A stretch of 64,000 nt of DNA from positions 8,384-72,383 of the forward strand of contig DATIHL010000015.1 in assembly GCA_035480715.1 (NCBI GenBank), read 5' to 3'. Positions 9,078 through 18,653 of the stretch are shown here, one piece after another. Numbering within the stretch: position 1 is the first letter of the stretch; each line of letters opens with the position of its first letter. The notes under the pieces were generated by a model. It worked only from the letters and a program-made list of their open reading frames with translations, was not told where the DNA came from and did not search any database. Position numbers and translations under genes: made by a program. This stretch comes from Candidatus Saccharimonadales bacterium (GTDB lineage Bacteria; Patescibacteriota; Saccharimonadia; Saccharimonadales; UBA10212).

Positions 9078-10033
9078 CTACCTAAAGAAGCTAGATAGAG
9101 GACTTTTTGGGTGGGCAGCTTTTTTTTGTATCGATTTTTATGAAAAAGATCCTTTTGCTCTTTAGGAGCCCTTGCCTTACCGGCTCTAGCTCGGCTGGGA
9201 CGTGAGGATTTTCTCATGGTTTTTGGACGGAGTGCCGATAATAAATTATCCGGCTCTGGTTCGCCGCGGATAATCAGTGGATTATGCTCCACTTTAATAA
9301 TCCGGAATGGGCCATTGCTGGTATTGACAATCATCCCCGTATCTTCAGTAGGCGATGCAGCCACAGTTGTATCTATCCAATCAAGACCAGAGGGACCGAT
9401 AATTGATTGGCCAGTCATTAGGGGTTTGGCCAGCAAAGCGGCTAAACGCTGCCTTCTGTTGTTCTCGTTTTTAGTGACTCCTTCCATGTGGTGTGGATTA
9501 CAGCAGCCGGTAAAACAACAGGTGTGATCCAAATCAACCCCTTGTGGCTTCTGGTATTCCGGATCATATATGCGCATCAGCAATAGATGAGCGAGTGTAT
9601 GCAGTCTTTCACCGGGCCAGCGGAGCTTTGCGGATGGTTCAATGCCCAATTCTTCCGGATGGAGAGTGAAAGTGTATCCCTTATCATCTCTCCAAGCATC
9701 CACATCAACCCAGCAACCAGTTATATTACTAATCCCCATTCTGGCCGCAAGTCTGGCGAGCGATGAGTCAGAAGCTTCCCATTCTTCTTTTTTAGAGATC
9801 TGTTCCGCAGGGCTAGGTAAGACATGTCCCGTAGCTGAGCGTAAATCTGCAGTTACAGTATTGTCCTCAGAAATTAAAAGAGCCGGCATTTCTGCCGGCT
9901 CTAAATTTAGCCATTTTTCTAAGTCGCGAACGCCCGGAGTGATAGGTGCTAGAAGTCCATCGCCTTCATTGACGTATGTTTGTTTTCCACCGATCTCAAC
10001 GTTAAGATGGTTCGGCATGGTTAGGGCTCCCAC
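9074..10033 (-). CDS. HNH endonuclease domain protein with a basic C-terminal tail
   Basis: HTLAHLLLMRIY...GVDLDHTCCFTGCCNPHHMEGVTKNENNRR matches the HNH_3-type His/Cys/Asn-rich motif. The start may instead be the M at 10018 (MPNHLNV). Its 3' end overlaps cobO by 4 nt in convergent orientation. Confidence 0.65.
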   Translation of the reverse strand: MGALTMPNHLNVEIGGKQTYVNEGDGLLAPITPGVRDLEKWLNLEPAEMPALLISEDNTVTADLRSATGHVLPSPAEQISKKEEWEASDSSLARLAARMGISNITGCWVDVDAWRDDKGYTFTLHPEELGIEPSAKLRWPGERLHTLAHLLLMRIYDPEYQKPQGVDLDHTCCFTGCCNPHHMEGVTKNENNRRQRLAALLAKPLMTGQSIIGPSGLDWIDTTVAASPTEDTGMIVNTSNGPFRIIKVEHNPLIIRGEPEPDNLLSALRPKTMRKSSRPSRARAGKARAPKEQKDLFHKNRYKKKLPTQKVLYLASLGS

Positions 10034-10157
10034 TTTTGTTTCGAACTTATCTAAATACTAGCAGACGATTAGTGCATATGCTTATTGTTACTTTTTCAAC
10101 ACTATGTCGTAGTACAAGCTAATAACTTCTGTGGATTTTTCGTATAATGATTAGACT

Positions 10158-10742
10158 GTGGATAAAGAATCGAGGCGTCTGTGGTTTTGGTGGCTGGTTT
10201 TTATAGCTTTGATTGTTTTGACAGGGATATTAATAGCTCATTTCAGTTCGCTGCAAAATAAGTTAGAGACCAATCAACCGGGATTTTATTCTATTAATCA
10301 CTTCGTCGACGGTGATACCATAGCTGTAAATATGAATGGTGCAGTTGAAACTGTCCGTATGATAGGCGTAGATACACCAGAGACTCATAAGCCAAATACG
10401 CCAGTCCAGTGTTATGGGCCGCAGGCAGCAGATTATACAAAGAGTTTAATCAACTCCAACAAAGTTCGTCTGCAAGCTGATCCGCTAGACACAAACCGCG
10501 ACCGCTATGGTCGTTTATTGCGATATGTTTATCTGCCTAATGGAACAATGGTCGAAACTAGTCTTATATACAATGGCTATGGTTTTGCCTACACGCAGTT
10601 TCCGTTCGGCAAATCGGCGGAGTTTAAACGGATGAGCAAACAGCCAAAACAGGAGGCAAGGGACTATGGTCCGCTTGCCAAGTTACGATCGAATCAAACG
10701 GTCGAGAACAAACTAACTCAATTAATTGATTATGAAAAATAG
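10158..10742 (+). CDS. Membrane-anchored thermonuclease (staphylococcal nuclease homologue)
   Basis: GTG start, N-terminal TM segment, then DGDTIAV...VRMIGVDTPETHKP...YGPQA...DRYGRLLRYVY, the SNase fold motifs. Confidence 0.8.
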   Translation: MDKESRRLWFWWLVFIALIVLTGILIAHFSSLQNKLETNQPGFYSINHFVDGDTIAVNMNGAVETVRMIGVDTPETHKPNTPVQCYGPQAADYTKSLINSNKVRLQADPLDTNRDRYGRLLRYVYLPNGTMVETSLIYNGYGFAYTQFPFGKSAEFKRMSKQPKQEARDYGPLAKLRSNQTVENKLTQLIDYEK

Positions 10743-11604
10743 AAGTTTACCCGTTATAGCAGTCATCCCAGCGCATAACGCATCTAAGACACTGCCGAGC
10801 TTACTAGATGAACTCCTCAAGCAAAAATATGACGAAATAATTGTGATCGACGACGCCTCAACTGATTCAACAATTAGTGTAGCCAGGGCATACAAAAATA
10901 AAGTAAACATAATTGAAGGAAAAGAAAATGTCGGCTCCGGCGCCAATCGCAATCGTATTATTGGCCGTACGAAAAACTCAATCATTCATTTCATTGATGC
11001 TGATATGCAGCTGCTTTCAAGAAATACACCGGGCATTATTCGAACATTAGACTGGCCGGATGACACAGCTTTTATCGGTGGGATGGTACGTAACCCAGAC
11101 GGCACACAAAACCCATTTAACTATGGGCCAAGACCGCATCTAATGCTGTCCTTTCTTTTAGGAGGGTTACAGTTTCTTGTTTGGCAAATTGGGCGCTTGA
11201 ATAGAAGCCTTGGCCAATTTACCAGAAGAATATTTAACCCACTTCTAAGGGATTTTCCAAAAATATATCAGATCCAAAAACCGAAACGGATTTATTGGGC
11301 AGCCGAGTCCAATATGCTTGTCGAATCGAACCTGTTTGAAAAGCACGGCGGGTATGATCCAGCATTCCGGTATTCCGAAATCGAAGACTTCGCACTTCGG
11401 ATGTATCGGCACGGCTATCATGGCCGCTTTGAGCCCAGAATAGATGCCATTCACAGTTCAACAGACAATATTTTCAAGTCCAGAAAGAAACGCTACGAGG
11501 CAAGAAAGCAGTTCATTAAAAAACATGGCAGACTAGTATATCTGGTGCCCCCGTTGGCAGATTATTTAGAAGGTCGGAAGACCCAGAAGCGGTACCACAA
11601 GTAA
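10726..11604 (+). CDS. Glycosyltransferase family 2
   Basis: VIAVIPAHNASKTLPSLLDELLKQKYDEIIVIDDASTDST and a DADMQ (DxD-like) motif. Confidence 0.75.
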   Translation: MIMKNRSLPVIAVIPAHNASKTLPSLLDELLKQKYDEIIVIDDASTDSTISVARAYKNKVNIIEGKENVGSGANRNRIIGRTKNSIIHFIDADMQLLSRNTPGIIRTLDWPDDTAFIGGMVRNPDGTQNPFNYGPRPHLMLSFLLGGLQFLVWQIGRLNRSLGQFTRRIFNPLLRDFPKIYQIQKPKRIYWAAESNMLVESNLFEKHGGYDPAFRYSEIEDFALRMYRHGYHGRFEPRIDAIHSSTDNIFKSRKKRYEARKQFIKKHGRLVYLVPPLADYLEGRKTQKRYHK

Positions 11605-12068
11605 TCCCAGACCGTTGTGAAGGCGGCGGAGGCAAAGAAGCCGGCGTAGGGGGTCAGGTTGTTATAAATAAATGCTGCTACTATGGCGTAGTCAAAAATC
11701 AGATCAATTCCATTTATTAGAATGTAGCGGAATATGATCCTTCGGTCTTGGCCTTTGAGCTTTGAATCATAAAAAGCCCAGTAGCGTTGAATCGCATAGT
11801 TGGCTGACCAGCCAAATATGTCTGCCAGCCCTTTAGATACCCACCAGGGCCAGTGCAGAACGTCAAAACAAAGAGCGAATATACCTAAGCCGCCCCAAAA
11901 ATAAACGCCGCCGCCGACCATATACTCGGCAAACTGAATCAATAACCTGTGTCTGCGCCAGCCGGTTTTGGTTTGCTTAATCCCCACGTTTTTTGTGCTT
12001 CCCGAATTCGTAGTTAATCGGATTTTTTTCAAGTTTTTCATACCCAAAAAAAAGACGATGGATCTCAT
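11562..12068 (-). CDS. GtrA-family membrane protein
   Basis: LIQFAEYMVGGGVYFWGGLGIFALCF...SANYAIQRYWAF fits the GtrA-like pattern. The start is uncertain: the track start overlaps the upstream GT2 by 92 nt, and a GTG at 11987 would reduce that to 11 nt. Confidence 0.6.
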   Translation of the reverse strand: MRSIVFFLGMKNLKKIRLTTNSGSTKNVGIKQTKTGWRRHRLLIQFAEYMVGGGVYFWGGLGIFALCFDVLHWPWWVSKGLADIFGWSANYAIQRYWAFYDSKLKGQDRRIIFRYILINGIDLIFDYAIVAAFIYNNLTPYAGFFASAAFTTVWDYLWYRFWVFRPSK

Positions 12069-12714
12069 TTAAGGTGCCCTTATATATCAACTTAAACCCT
12101 TCCGATTCATTGCGACGAGGATCCATGTAGAAAAAAGTGTCATCTACAAACCCAAACCCATATTTACCCACTCGGCTAACATATTCATAATCTTCGCCAA
12201 ACTTAATTTTTTCATTAAACCCGCCATTTTTTTCAAATAATGACCTTCTGGTTAATATGCAGTAGCCTGAGGCTACGGGCCTCTTCGTGTGCGCCAATAA
12301 TTTTTGATACTTGTAGAGAACCCACAGACCCTTTTTATGTCTAAATTTCATTTTTGTAGATGCTGTATTCCAGCCTTTGGACTTTGTTTTACTAACCAAC
12401 ACTTTTATAAAGTTTGGGTCATCGATGTCATCATCAGCATCTAAAAATAGCAGCCATTCGCCTTTGGCTTGTTTAGCACCGATGTTGCGGCCATGCGCTG
12501 GGCCTTTGGGCGGTGATTCCACAAATTTGATATCAAGCCTGTCTTCAAAGTTTTTTACAACTTTATCCGTACCATCTTTGGACTCTGCATCAGAGACAAT
12601 AACGTCAAAATCTTTAAAACTCTGCCTGCTAAGAGCGTGAAGAAGTCTGTCAATATAAGTCGCTTCGTTGTATGCCGGGATAACCACCGACACAGTCGGG
12701 GCGGATTGTTTCAT
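11977..12714 (-). CDS. Glycosyltransferase family 2
   Basis: VSVVIPAYNEATYIDRLLHALSRQSFKDFDVIVSDAESKDGT and LFLDADD. Confidence 0.8.
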   Translation of the reverse strand: MKQSAPTVSVVIPAYNEATYIDRLLHALSRQSFKDFDVIVSDAESKDGTDKVVKNFEDRLDIKFVESPPKGPAHGRNIGAKQAKGEWLLFLDADDDIDDPNFIKVLVSKTKSKGWNTASTKMKFRHKKGLWVLYKYQKLLAHTKRPVASGYCILTRRSLFEKNGGFNEKIKFGEDYEYVSRVGKYGFGFVDDTFFYMDPRRNESEGFKLIYKGTLNEIHRLFFGYEKLEKNPINYEFGKHKKRGD

Positions 12715-12750
12715 ATCTTAAAGATTACTATCTGGAAGCTAAGTGCACAA

Positions 12751-13593
12751 CTAGCCCGACATAGGGTTTTTGCGCGCTTCGCGCGTGGATGGATACAGAT
12801 AAAAATATTTATGGAGCGCATACCACAAATTGCGCCACGGATGCACTAAGATATAGCCCAAGCTCCACATGAATAAGGCTGGAAGGACTGCTTTGCCATG
12901 TAGGTTGTGGTTCTTATACGACCGCTTATACATGGCTATATATTCCTTAAAGTCGTGTGTGCTGTCGTTATAACGCCTACCAGAGGCTCCAGAGAGCAAT
13001 CTTTTGTTGTACTTAATCTTCAGATTATTCTGATAAAAGTGAATTGCCAGATCGATATCCTCGTGAATATCACGCTCGGAACATAGCTTCTTTGATAATT
13101 TGCGCCACTGCTGCCTACGGACTGCCATGTTGGAGCCATACAAGAAGGGTGTATCAGGCGAGAAGTTATAGGTGAGTTTGCGCATCAAATGGTCAAACCA
13201 GTAATTGTGCATCGGCATAGGCATATCGTAGTAAGTAACCGGACCTGTGGTAGCGGCAACAGTAGTGTCTTGAAAATCATTTATAACAAGTTCGACCCAA
13301 TTTGGCGGCAGAATGGTATCGGCATCTATCCGGGCGATAATGTCACACTTAGCAGCGCTAAAGCCTTTTTTACTGGCAAAAAACACGCCTTGTTGCTTCT
13401 CTTGCAGAATTTTGACGTTTTTATAGGTTCGGGCGATTTGGATGGTGTCGTCAACGGAATTATTATCGATAACAATCACTTCATCCGGCTTAACTGTCTG
13501 CAGTGCTATTGAATCTAAACAAGCCTTTAAGTAGCGTTCTTCGTTGTAGGCTGGTATAACTATACTAAGCGTTAGCGGTTTATTATTTTTCAT
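12751..13593 (-). CDS. Glycosyltransferase family 2
   Basis: LSIVIPAYNEERYLKACLDSIALQTVKPDEVIVIDNNSVDDT and ARIDADT. Confidence 0.8.
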   Translation of the reverse strand: MKNNKPLTLSIVIPAYNEERYLKACLDSIALQTVKPDEVIVIDNNSVDDTIQIARTYKNVKILQEKQQGVFFASKKGFSAAKCDIIARIDADTILPPNWVELVINDFQDTTVAATTGPVTYYDMPMPMHNYWFDHLMRKLTYNFSPDTPFLYGSNMAVRRQQWRKLSKKLCSERDIHEDIDLAIHFYQNNLKIKYNKRLLSGASGRRYNDSTHDFKEYIAMYKRSYKNHNLHGKAVLPALFMWSLGYILVHPWRNLWYALHKYFYLYPSTREARKNPMSG

Positions 13594-13624
13594 ATATTAA
13601 AATGCTCCTATAAGAATATCAGTA

Positions 13625-14785
13625 ATGGTTAAAAAAACGAATATGAGTAAGAGTGTTACAGTCAAAAATATAGGCTGGAGTCCTGTGAATTGGCTGAAAG
13701 TTTTGGCTCATTATGCGTGGCGGGGTGGTTTTTGGCGCAAATTCTTAAGCCTGTTTATAGCTATAGTGATTTTAGTGACCGGCGTGTTTTACGGTATTGC
13801 TGAGTGGTATATACATAAGCACAGCTCTGAGCCTTTGGTTATTGGCACTACATTCATACCTGATTACGCTCAAAGTTTTGGACTCGATTCCAAACAAACA
13901 CTCGAGGCGATTTTGGGCGATCTTAAGATTAGGCAGGTGCGGCTGGTGAGCTATTGGAGCGAGACAGAGTCCACCCCAGGCACTTATGACTTTTCGATGC
14001 TAGATTGGCAATTTGCCATGGCTAATAAATACGGGGCAAAGGTTAGCTTGGCCATTGGGCTTAGGCAGCCCCGGTGGCCGGAGTGCCACGAACCAAGCTG
14101 GATTAACATAGATTCAAAAAATAAACCATCGTGGCAACCGCAGCTCTACAAATATATGAACGCCGTTATCGAACGATATAAAAATAACCCGGCACTCCAG
14201 GATTACGAGCTGGAGAATGAGTTCTTTATGAAGGTGTTTGGCGAATGCAAGGATTTTGACCGCAGTCGCTTAGTAAGTGAATTCCAGATGGTCAAAAAGG
14301 CTGATTCCAGACATCCGGTTATAGTTAGCCGCAGCGACAATTGGATAGGTATCCCGGTAGGTAAACCGACGCCAGATCAATTTGCCATATCTGTTTACAA
14401 GCGCGTTTGGGATGCCACATTCACACACCGATACTTTGAATACCCGCTGCCGCCTTGGTTCTACGCCGCTTTAGCGGGCAGCGAGGAGCTATTGAGCGGC
14501 AAAGATATGATCATTCACGAGCTACAAGCCGAACCCTGGACGCCAAACGGCAAGCTTATTACCGAAATTTCGGTCAAAGAACAGTTTAAATCTATGAACC
14601 CGGACAGGATGAAGAAGCGCATTAAGTATGGTCAGGATACTGGAATGCGCACTATCGACTTATGGGGAGCCGAGTGGTGGTATTGGCTGAAGCAGACTCA
14701 ACACGACCCAAGTGTATGGAATGTAGTTAAAGAAGGGGTTGCTCAGGCTCAGGTCGATAACCAGAAACTAGCTAAGAATAATTAG
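13625..14785 (+). CDS. Membrane-anchored glycoside hydrolase, clan GH-A (GH5-like TIM barrel)
   Basis: N-terminal TM segment. YELENEFF is a candidate acid/base NE motif and IIHELQAEPW a candidate nucleophile Glu. The family assignment is tentative. Confidence 0.55.
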   Translation: MVKKTNMSKSVTVKNIGWSPVNWLKVLAHYAWRGGFWRKFLSLFIAIVILVTGVFYGIAEWYIHKHSSEPLVIGTTFIPDYAQSFGLDSKQTLEAILGDLKIRQVRLVSYWSETESTPGTYDFSMLDWQFAMANKYGAKVSLAIGLRQPRWPECHEPSWINIDSKNKPSWQPQLYKYMNAVIERYKNNPALQDYELENEFFMKVFGECKDFDRSRLVSEFQMVKKADSRHPVIVSRSDNWIGIPVGKPTPDQFAISVYKRVWDATFTHRYFEYPLPPWFYAALAGSEELLSGKDMIIHELQAEPWTPNGKLITEISVKEQFKSMNPDRMKKRIKYGQDTGMRTIDLWGAEWWYWLKQTQHDPSVWNVVKEGVAQAQVDNQKLAKNN

Positions 14786-14810
14786 ACATTTAACGTAGAA
14801 TAAAGGGGTT

Positions 14811-15266
14811 ATGGCTAAGAAGTCACGACCCGCTGGAAAGATTGTTAATCGTCGCGCCCGCTTTGATTATGAACTGGGTGATACTTTAGTTGTGGGCTTG
14901 CAACTAACAGGCGCTGAAACCAAAGCCCTGCGACTGGGGCACGGGGTTTTACGTGGTGCATACGTCACCATAAAAGATAACGAGTTATGGCTTATAAATG
15001 CCCAGATTATGGGCGGGCGCGGGATTCAAATACTGGATGATGCCCAAACGCGTAGTCGCAAACTTTTGGCCAAGCGCCAAGAGATAGATAGACTAATCGA
15101 GGCCAAGCAACAGGGCAATACGATTGTTCCACTCGAGCTATTAACAGATAGTCGATATATAAAGCTGCGAATTGCGGTTGGGCGAGGCAAAAAACGCTAC
15201 GACAAACGCGAGACCATTAAGCGCCGACAACAGGAAAGGGATATTGCCCGACAAACAAAAGGATAG
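14811..15266 (+). CDS. smpB: SsrA-binding protein SmpB
   Basis: 151 aa with NRRARFDYELGDTLVVGLQLTGAETKALR...GAYVTIKDNELWLINAQI. Confidence 0.9.
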   Translation: MAKKSRPAGKIVNRRARFDYELGDTLVVGLQLTGAETKALRLGHGVLRGAYVTIKDNELWLINAQIMGGRGIQILDDAQTRSRKLLAKRQEIDRLIEAKQQGNTIVPLELLTDSRYIKLRIAVGRGKKRYDKRETIKRRQQERDIARQTKG

Positions 15267-15390
15267 GCGGGTCCTGCCGCTCAGGTATCCCATATGCTCG
15301 CTCTTGGTATACGATCGCTCGCTATGGGAGCCCTCCTTCGCGTCACCCGAAATGTAGATGTTTGTCGGACTATTAGGATAGAATGAGAAT

Positions 15391-16188
15391 GTGAAAATTT
15401 ACTCGTGGAATGTCAACGGCATTCGGGCGGTTGTTAGAAAAGGTGCTTTGCAGGAATTCATGGCCAAGCACCAGCCGGATATTCTGTGTTTGCAGGAAAC
15501 CAAAGCGCAACAAGGCCAAGCCGAGATCGATTTTGAAGGTTACAAAGAATACTGGAATTCAGCCGCTAAAGCTGGCTATTCGGGTACTGCCATTTTTACT
15601 AAAATTAAGCCGCTGCAAGTGGTAAATGGCTTTCCGGAGAGTTTTGCCAAAAAATATAACCTAGTAGATGATAAAACCCGCGACTCAGCACAAGAAGGTA
15701 GAGTGATAGCGGCTGAATATGAGAAGTTTTGGCTGGTAAATGTTTACACAATCAATGCTAAAGACGACCTAACCCGCTTGGAGCTGAAGTATAAACATTG
15801 GGATCCGGCATTTTTGGCGTACGTACAAGAATTAGAGAAGCAGAAACCAGTTATTTTTTGCGGCGATTTAAATGTAGCCTATAGCGAAGATGACCTGGCC
15901 CGACCAAAAGAAAACGAAGGCAAAAAAGGCTTTACCAAAGAAGAGCGTGAAGGCTTTCAGAAATTTATTGATGCCGGATTTGTTGATACGTTTCGACTAT
16001 TCAAGCAGGGTAACGGCTTCTACACGTGGTGGACACATTGGGCCAAAGCTCGCGAACGGAACGTTGGCTGGCGGATAGATTATTTTCTGGCATCAGGGAA
16101 ATTGAAAAATAAAATCAAAGCCGCCGAAATTCACGCCGATGTGATGGGGAGTGACCATTGCCCCATCAGCCTAACTTTAGATACATAA
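15391..16188 (+). CDS. xth: Exodeoxyribonuclease III
   Basis: GTG start. MKIYSWNVNGIRA...DILCLQETK...GDLNVA...WRIDYFL...GSDHCP are the ExoIII/APE1 motifs. Confidence 0.9.
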   Translation: MKIYSWNVNGIRAVVRKGALQEFMAKHQPDILCLQETKAQQGQAEIDFEGYKEYWNSAAKAGYSGTAIFTKIKPLQVVNGFPESFAKKYNLVDDKTRDSAQEGRVIAAEYEKFWLVNVYTINAKDDLTRLELKYKHWDPAFLAYVQELEKQKPVIFCGDLNVAYSEDDLARPKENEGKKGFTKEEREGFQKFIDAGFVDTFRLFKQGNGFYTWWTHWAKARERNVGWRIDYFLASGKLKNKIKAAEIHADVMGSDHCPISLTLDT

Positions 16189-16189
16189 G

Positions 16190-16750
16190 ATGAAAAAGGC
16201 CGCAATAATTTATGGCTGGGCTGAAGGGCCTTGGGAGAGTCAGAAATTCAGAGAATTGCTTCAAGAGAATGAATTTGAAATTACAAACAACCCAAGCAAT
16301 GCCGATATAATCATCGCGCACTCCTCAGGTTGCTACTTAACGCCTTCTGATATTCATAATAAGCAGATCTTCTTAATCGGGCTGCCCTACTGGCCTGGTA
16401 GAAGCCTCTTATCGAGCATAATAAAGAAATTAAAAAATGAAGTAGACTATCATCGACGCGATAAAAGCCTGGGTTGGTGGTTAAATAAAATCCTGCACAA
16501 CACTTGGTATATCCTGAGTCGTCCATCTGCCAGCTATTTTGGGCTGACAAAACACAAAGAAAAATATTTGCCTAGCGATTCAAATAATATAGTGATGGTT
16601 ATTCGACCGAGTGATGACACATTCTGCCATCCAGATATTATGAAGTTGCTGCCGATGAGGGATTACAAATTCATTGAATTGCCAGGAGCTCACGACGACT
16701 GCTGGGTCGACCCAAAGCCCTATATAGATTTACTCCTCAAAGAATTATAA
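16190..16750 (+). CDS. Hypothetical protein, possible alpha/beta-hydrolase fold
   Basis: 186 aa. IIAHSSGCY resembles a nucleophile elbow, and there is a late GAHDD. No firm family. Confidence 0.4.
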   Translation: MKKAAIIYGWAEGPWESQKFRELLQENEFEITNNPSNADIIIAHSSGCYLTPSDIHNKQIFLIGLPYWPGRSLLSSIIKKLKNEVDYHRRDKSLGWWLNKILHNTWYILSRPSASYFGLTKHKEKYLPSDSNNIVMVIRPSDDTFCHPDIMKLLPMRDYKFIELPGAHDDCWVDPKPYIDLLLKEL

Positions 16751-16757
16751 TCAAGCT

Positions 16758-17489
16758 ATGGTAAAAGGGAGCAAGTTCGCTGTCTTCGATATTGATGGCA
16801 CATTGATAAGATGGCAGCTCTATCACGCTATCGCCGACAACTTGGTAAAGCTCGGTTTTATCGCGCCGGTGAAATTCCAAGCGATCAAAGACGCCCGAAT
16901 GGTCTGGAAGCGGCGGGAAAGCAGCGAATCGTTTAAAAAGTACGAGTTGGAGCTTGTAAAGCTCTACGACAATATACTTTCCGAAATAACCGTTGAGCAG
17001 TTCGAAAAGACAGCCGAAGCCGTTTTTGAGGAGTATAAAGACCAAGTTTATACATATACACGGGACTTTATTCGCCAGCTTAAAAGCCAGGGCTATCTGT
17101 TATTTGCGATTTCTGGCTCGCAAACACAAATTATCGAAAAAATCGCTATGCATTACGGTTTTGATGATTTTGTGGCCAGAGAAGATAAGTCCAAAGATAA
17201 TAAATTTACCGGCGAAGCTACCACTCCAATTTTCAGTAAAGACACTGTGCTTAAGAAAATGGCGATGAAAAACGGCGCCAGTTTTGAAGACAGCATTGCT
17301 GTAGGTGACAGCGCGACAGATATTAAAATGCTCGAACTAGTCGAGCAACCCATAGCCTTTAACCCGGAAAGCAAGCTCTTCGACTACTCAAAGCGTAAAG
17401 GCTGGAAAGTTGTTATTGAGCGTAAAAATATGATTTATGAATTGGAAAAGATTGATGGAAAATACGAATTGGTTAAGACAAGCGTCTGA
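16758..17489 (+). CDS. HAD-superfamily hydrolase, subfamily IB (SerB-like)
   Basis: FAVFDIDGTLI (motif I), ISGS (motif II) and VGDSATDIKMLE (motif IV). Confidence 0.75.
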   Translation: MVKGSKFAVFDIDGTLIRWQLYHAIADNLVKLGFIAPVKFQAIKDARMVWKRRESSESFKKYELELVKLYDNILSEITVEQFEKTAEAVFEEYKDQVYTYTRDFIRQLKSQGYLLFAISGSQTQIIEKIAMHYGFDDFVAREDKSKDNKFTGEATTPIFSKDTVLKKMAMKNGASFEDSIAVGDSATDIKMLELVEQPIAFNPESKLFDYSKRKGWKVVIERKNMIYELEKIDGKYELVKTSV

Positions 17490-18249
17490 GCCGTTATTTC
17501 CGGATTTACTTTGGAGCCGGCCGGAAAATAAGCGCTCGCGCGGCAAATTGCTAATAATCGGCGGTAATTTACACGGATTTGCAGCCCCCGTAGCCGCCTA
17601 TAATGCCGCTACGGCGGCTGGAATCGGCACTGCGCGCGTTATCCTGCCAGAAGTGCTTAAAAAGGCTCTGGGAACAAGCTTTGCAGAAGCTGAATTCGCC
17701 CCAAACACCCCAAGCGGCAGTTTGGCTCGCAAATCACTGGATTCATTGCTAGACACAGCCAAATGGGCTGATGGAGTGCTGTTAGCCGGCGATTTTGGTC
17801 GGAACTCTGAAACGGCAATTTTACTCAGTTCGCTTTTAGAAAAATACGAGGGGCAGGTGACGGTTGCCCAAGACGGCCTTGATTATTTTTTGAGCTCAAA
17901 TAGCCGACTACTTAATCGGCCAAATACGCTGGCCGTAATCAATATGGGCAAGCTGCAGAAATTAGCCAAGAACAACAATCCGGGGGTTCCTATTCGACAT
18001 GGCGACAGCTTGTATGAGCTTGTGCAGAAATTAAGTGATTGGTCGCAAACTTCGAGTGGCAGTTTCATAACCCGGCACGAAAACCAGCTGGTCGCCGCAA
18101 CCGACGGTAAGGTGAGTACTACTCCGTGGACTGAAGACATAAAATGGCAAATCGAACTGGCTGCTTACGCTAGCGTCTGGCTGCTCCAAAATCCCCAAAA
18201 ACCTTTTGAAGACCTGACTACAGCTGCATTTGAATACATATCCAGGTAG
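17437..18249 (+). CDS. YjeF C-terminal-like carbohydrate kinase / NAD(P)HX dehydratase-like protein
   Basis: GKLLIIGGNLHGFAAPVAAYNAATAAGIGTARVILPE and LLAGDFG resemble the Nnr2 pattern, but with a degenerate GPGLG motif. The start is possibly at 17455. Confidence 0.5.
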   Translation: MNWKRLMENTNWLRQASEPLFPDLLWSRPENKRSRGKLLIIGGNLHGFAAPVAAYNAATAAGIGTARVILPEVLKKALGTSFAEAEFAPNTPSGSLARKSLDSLLDTAKWADGVLLAGDFGRNSETAILLSSLLEKYEGQVTVAQDGLDYFLSSNSRLLNRPNTLAVINMGKLQKLAKNNNPGVPIRHGDSLYELVQKLSDWSQTSSGSFITRHENQLVAATDGKVSTTPWTEDIKWQIELAAYASVWLLQNPQKPFEDLTTAAFEYISR

Positions 18250-18431
18250 ATCGTTTCAGGTTGCTTTCACTCTTTTGAGCTCATCAGCACGAACACGCAT
18301 TCGTGAAGCAGTTCCGAGAGGAGCCGAGCTACCTTTCGGCACTCGGCTCGATTCTCGGTACAGATCGTCCGGATCTGCTACGGCGCAGGTTGTTGAGTTG
18401 GAGATTGATGGCGGGGTGGGGAAGGTGTCTA

Positions 18432-18653
18432 TTAGTGCGAATTTCCACTATGTGGAACTAACGACCCTAGGGCCAGCAGAAGTACTCCCCAGCACGTGAA
18501 GCCGATGGCCATCCCAGCGACCCATGCCGGAATGACGTCGAACTCACTCGGCGCGAACTTCAGGTCCACATAAAGGCCGAGGCCTCCCAGTGCACCGCAG
18601 AAAGTAACTGCGCCGAAGTGGCTATTTAGAAAATTATGAATACGCTTCAGCAT
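18432..18653 (-). CDS. Small hydrophobic protein (two predicted TM segments)
   Basis: 73 aa, preceded by a strong AGGAGG 7 nt upstream of the ATG. It sits in a locally G+C-richer patch. Confidence 0.4.
   Translation of the reverse strand: MLKRIHNFLNSHFGAVTFCGALGGLGLYVDLKFAPSEFDVIPAWVAGMAIGFTCWGVLLLALGSLVPHSGNSH

Noticed and set aside
15267-15390. I looked for tmRNA (ssrA) next to smpB.
   Set aside because: The spacer is only 124 nt. It has no tRNA-like acceptor/T-arm ends and no tag reading frame. There is only a weak CCCATA/TATGGG stem.
18230-18499. An 89-aa plus-strand ORF overlapping the end of the YjeF_C-like gene and the small hydrophobic ORF.
   Set aside because: It has no RBS, an Arg/Ser-rich composition, and spans the hairpin region. 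It is likely spurious.
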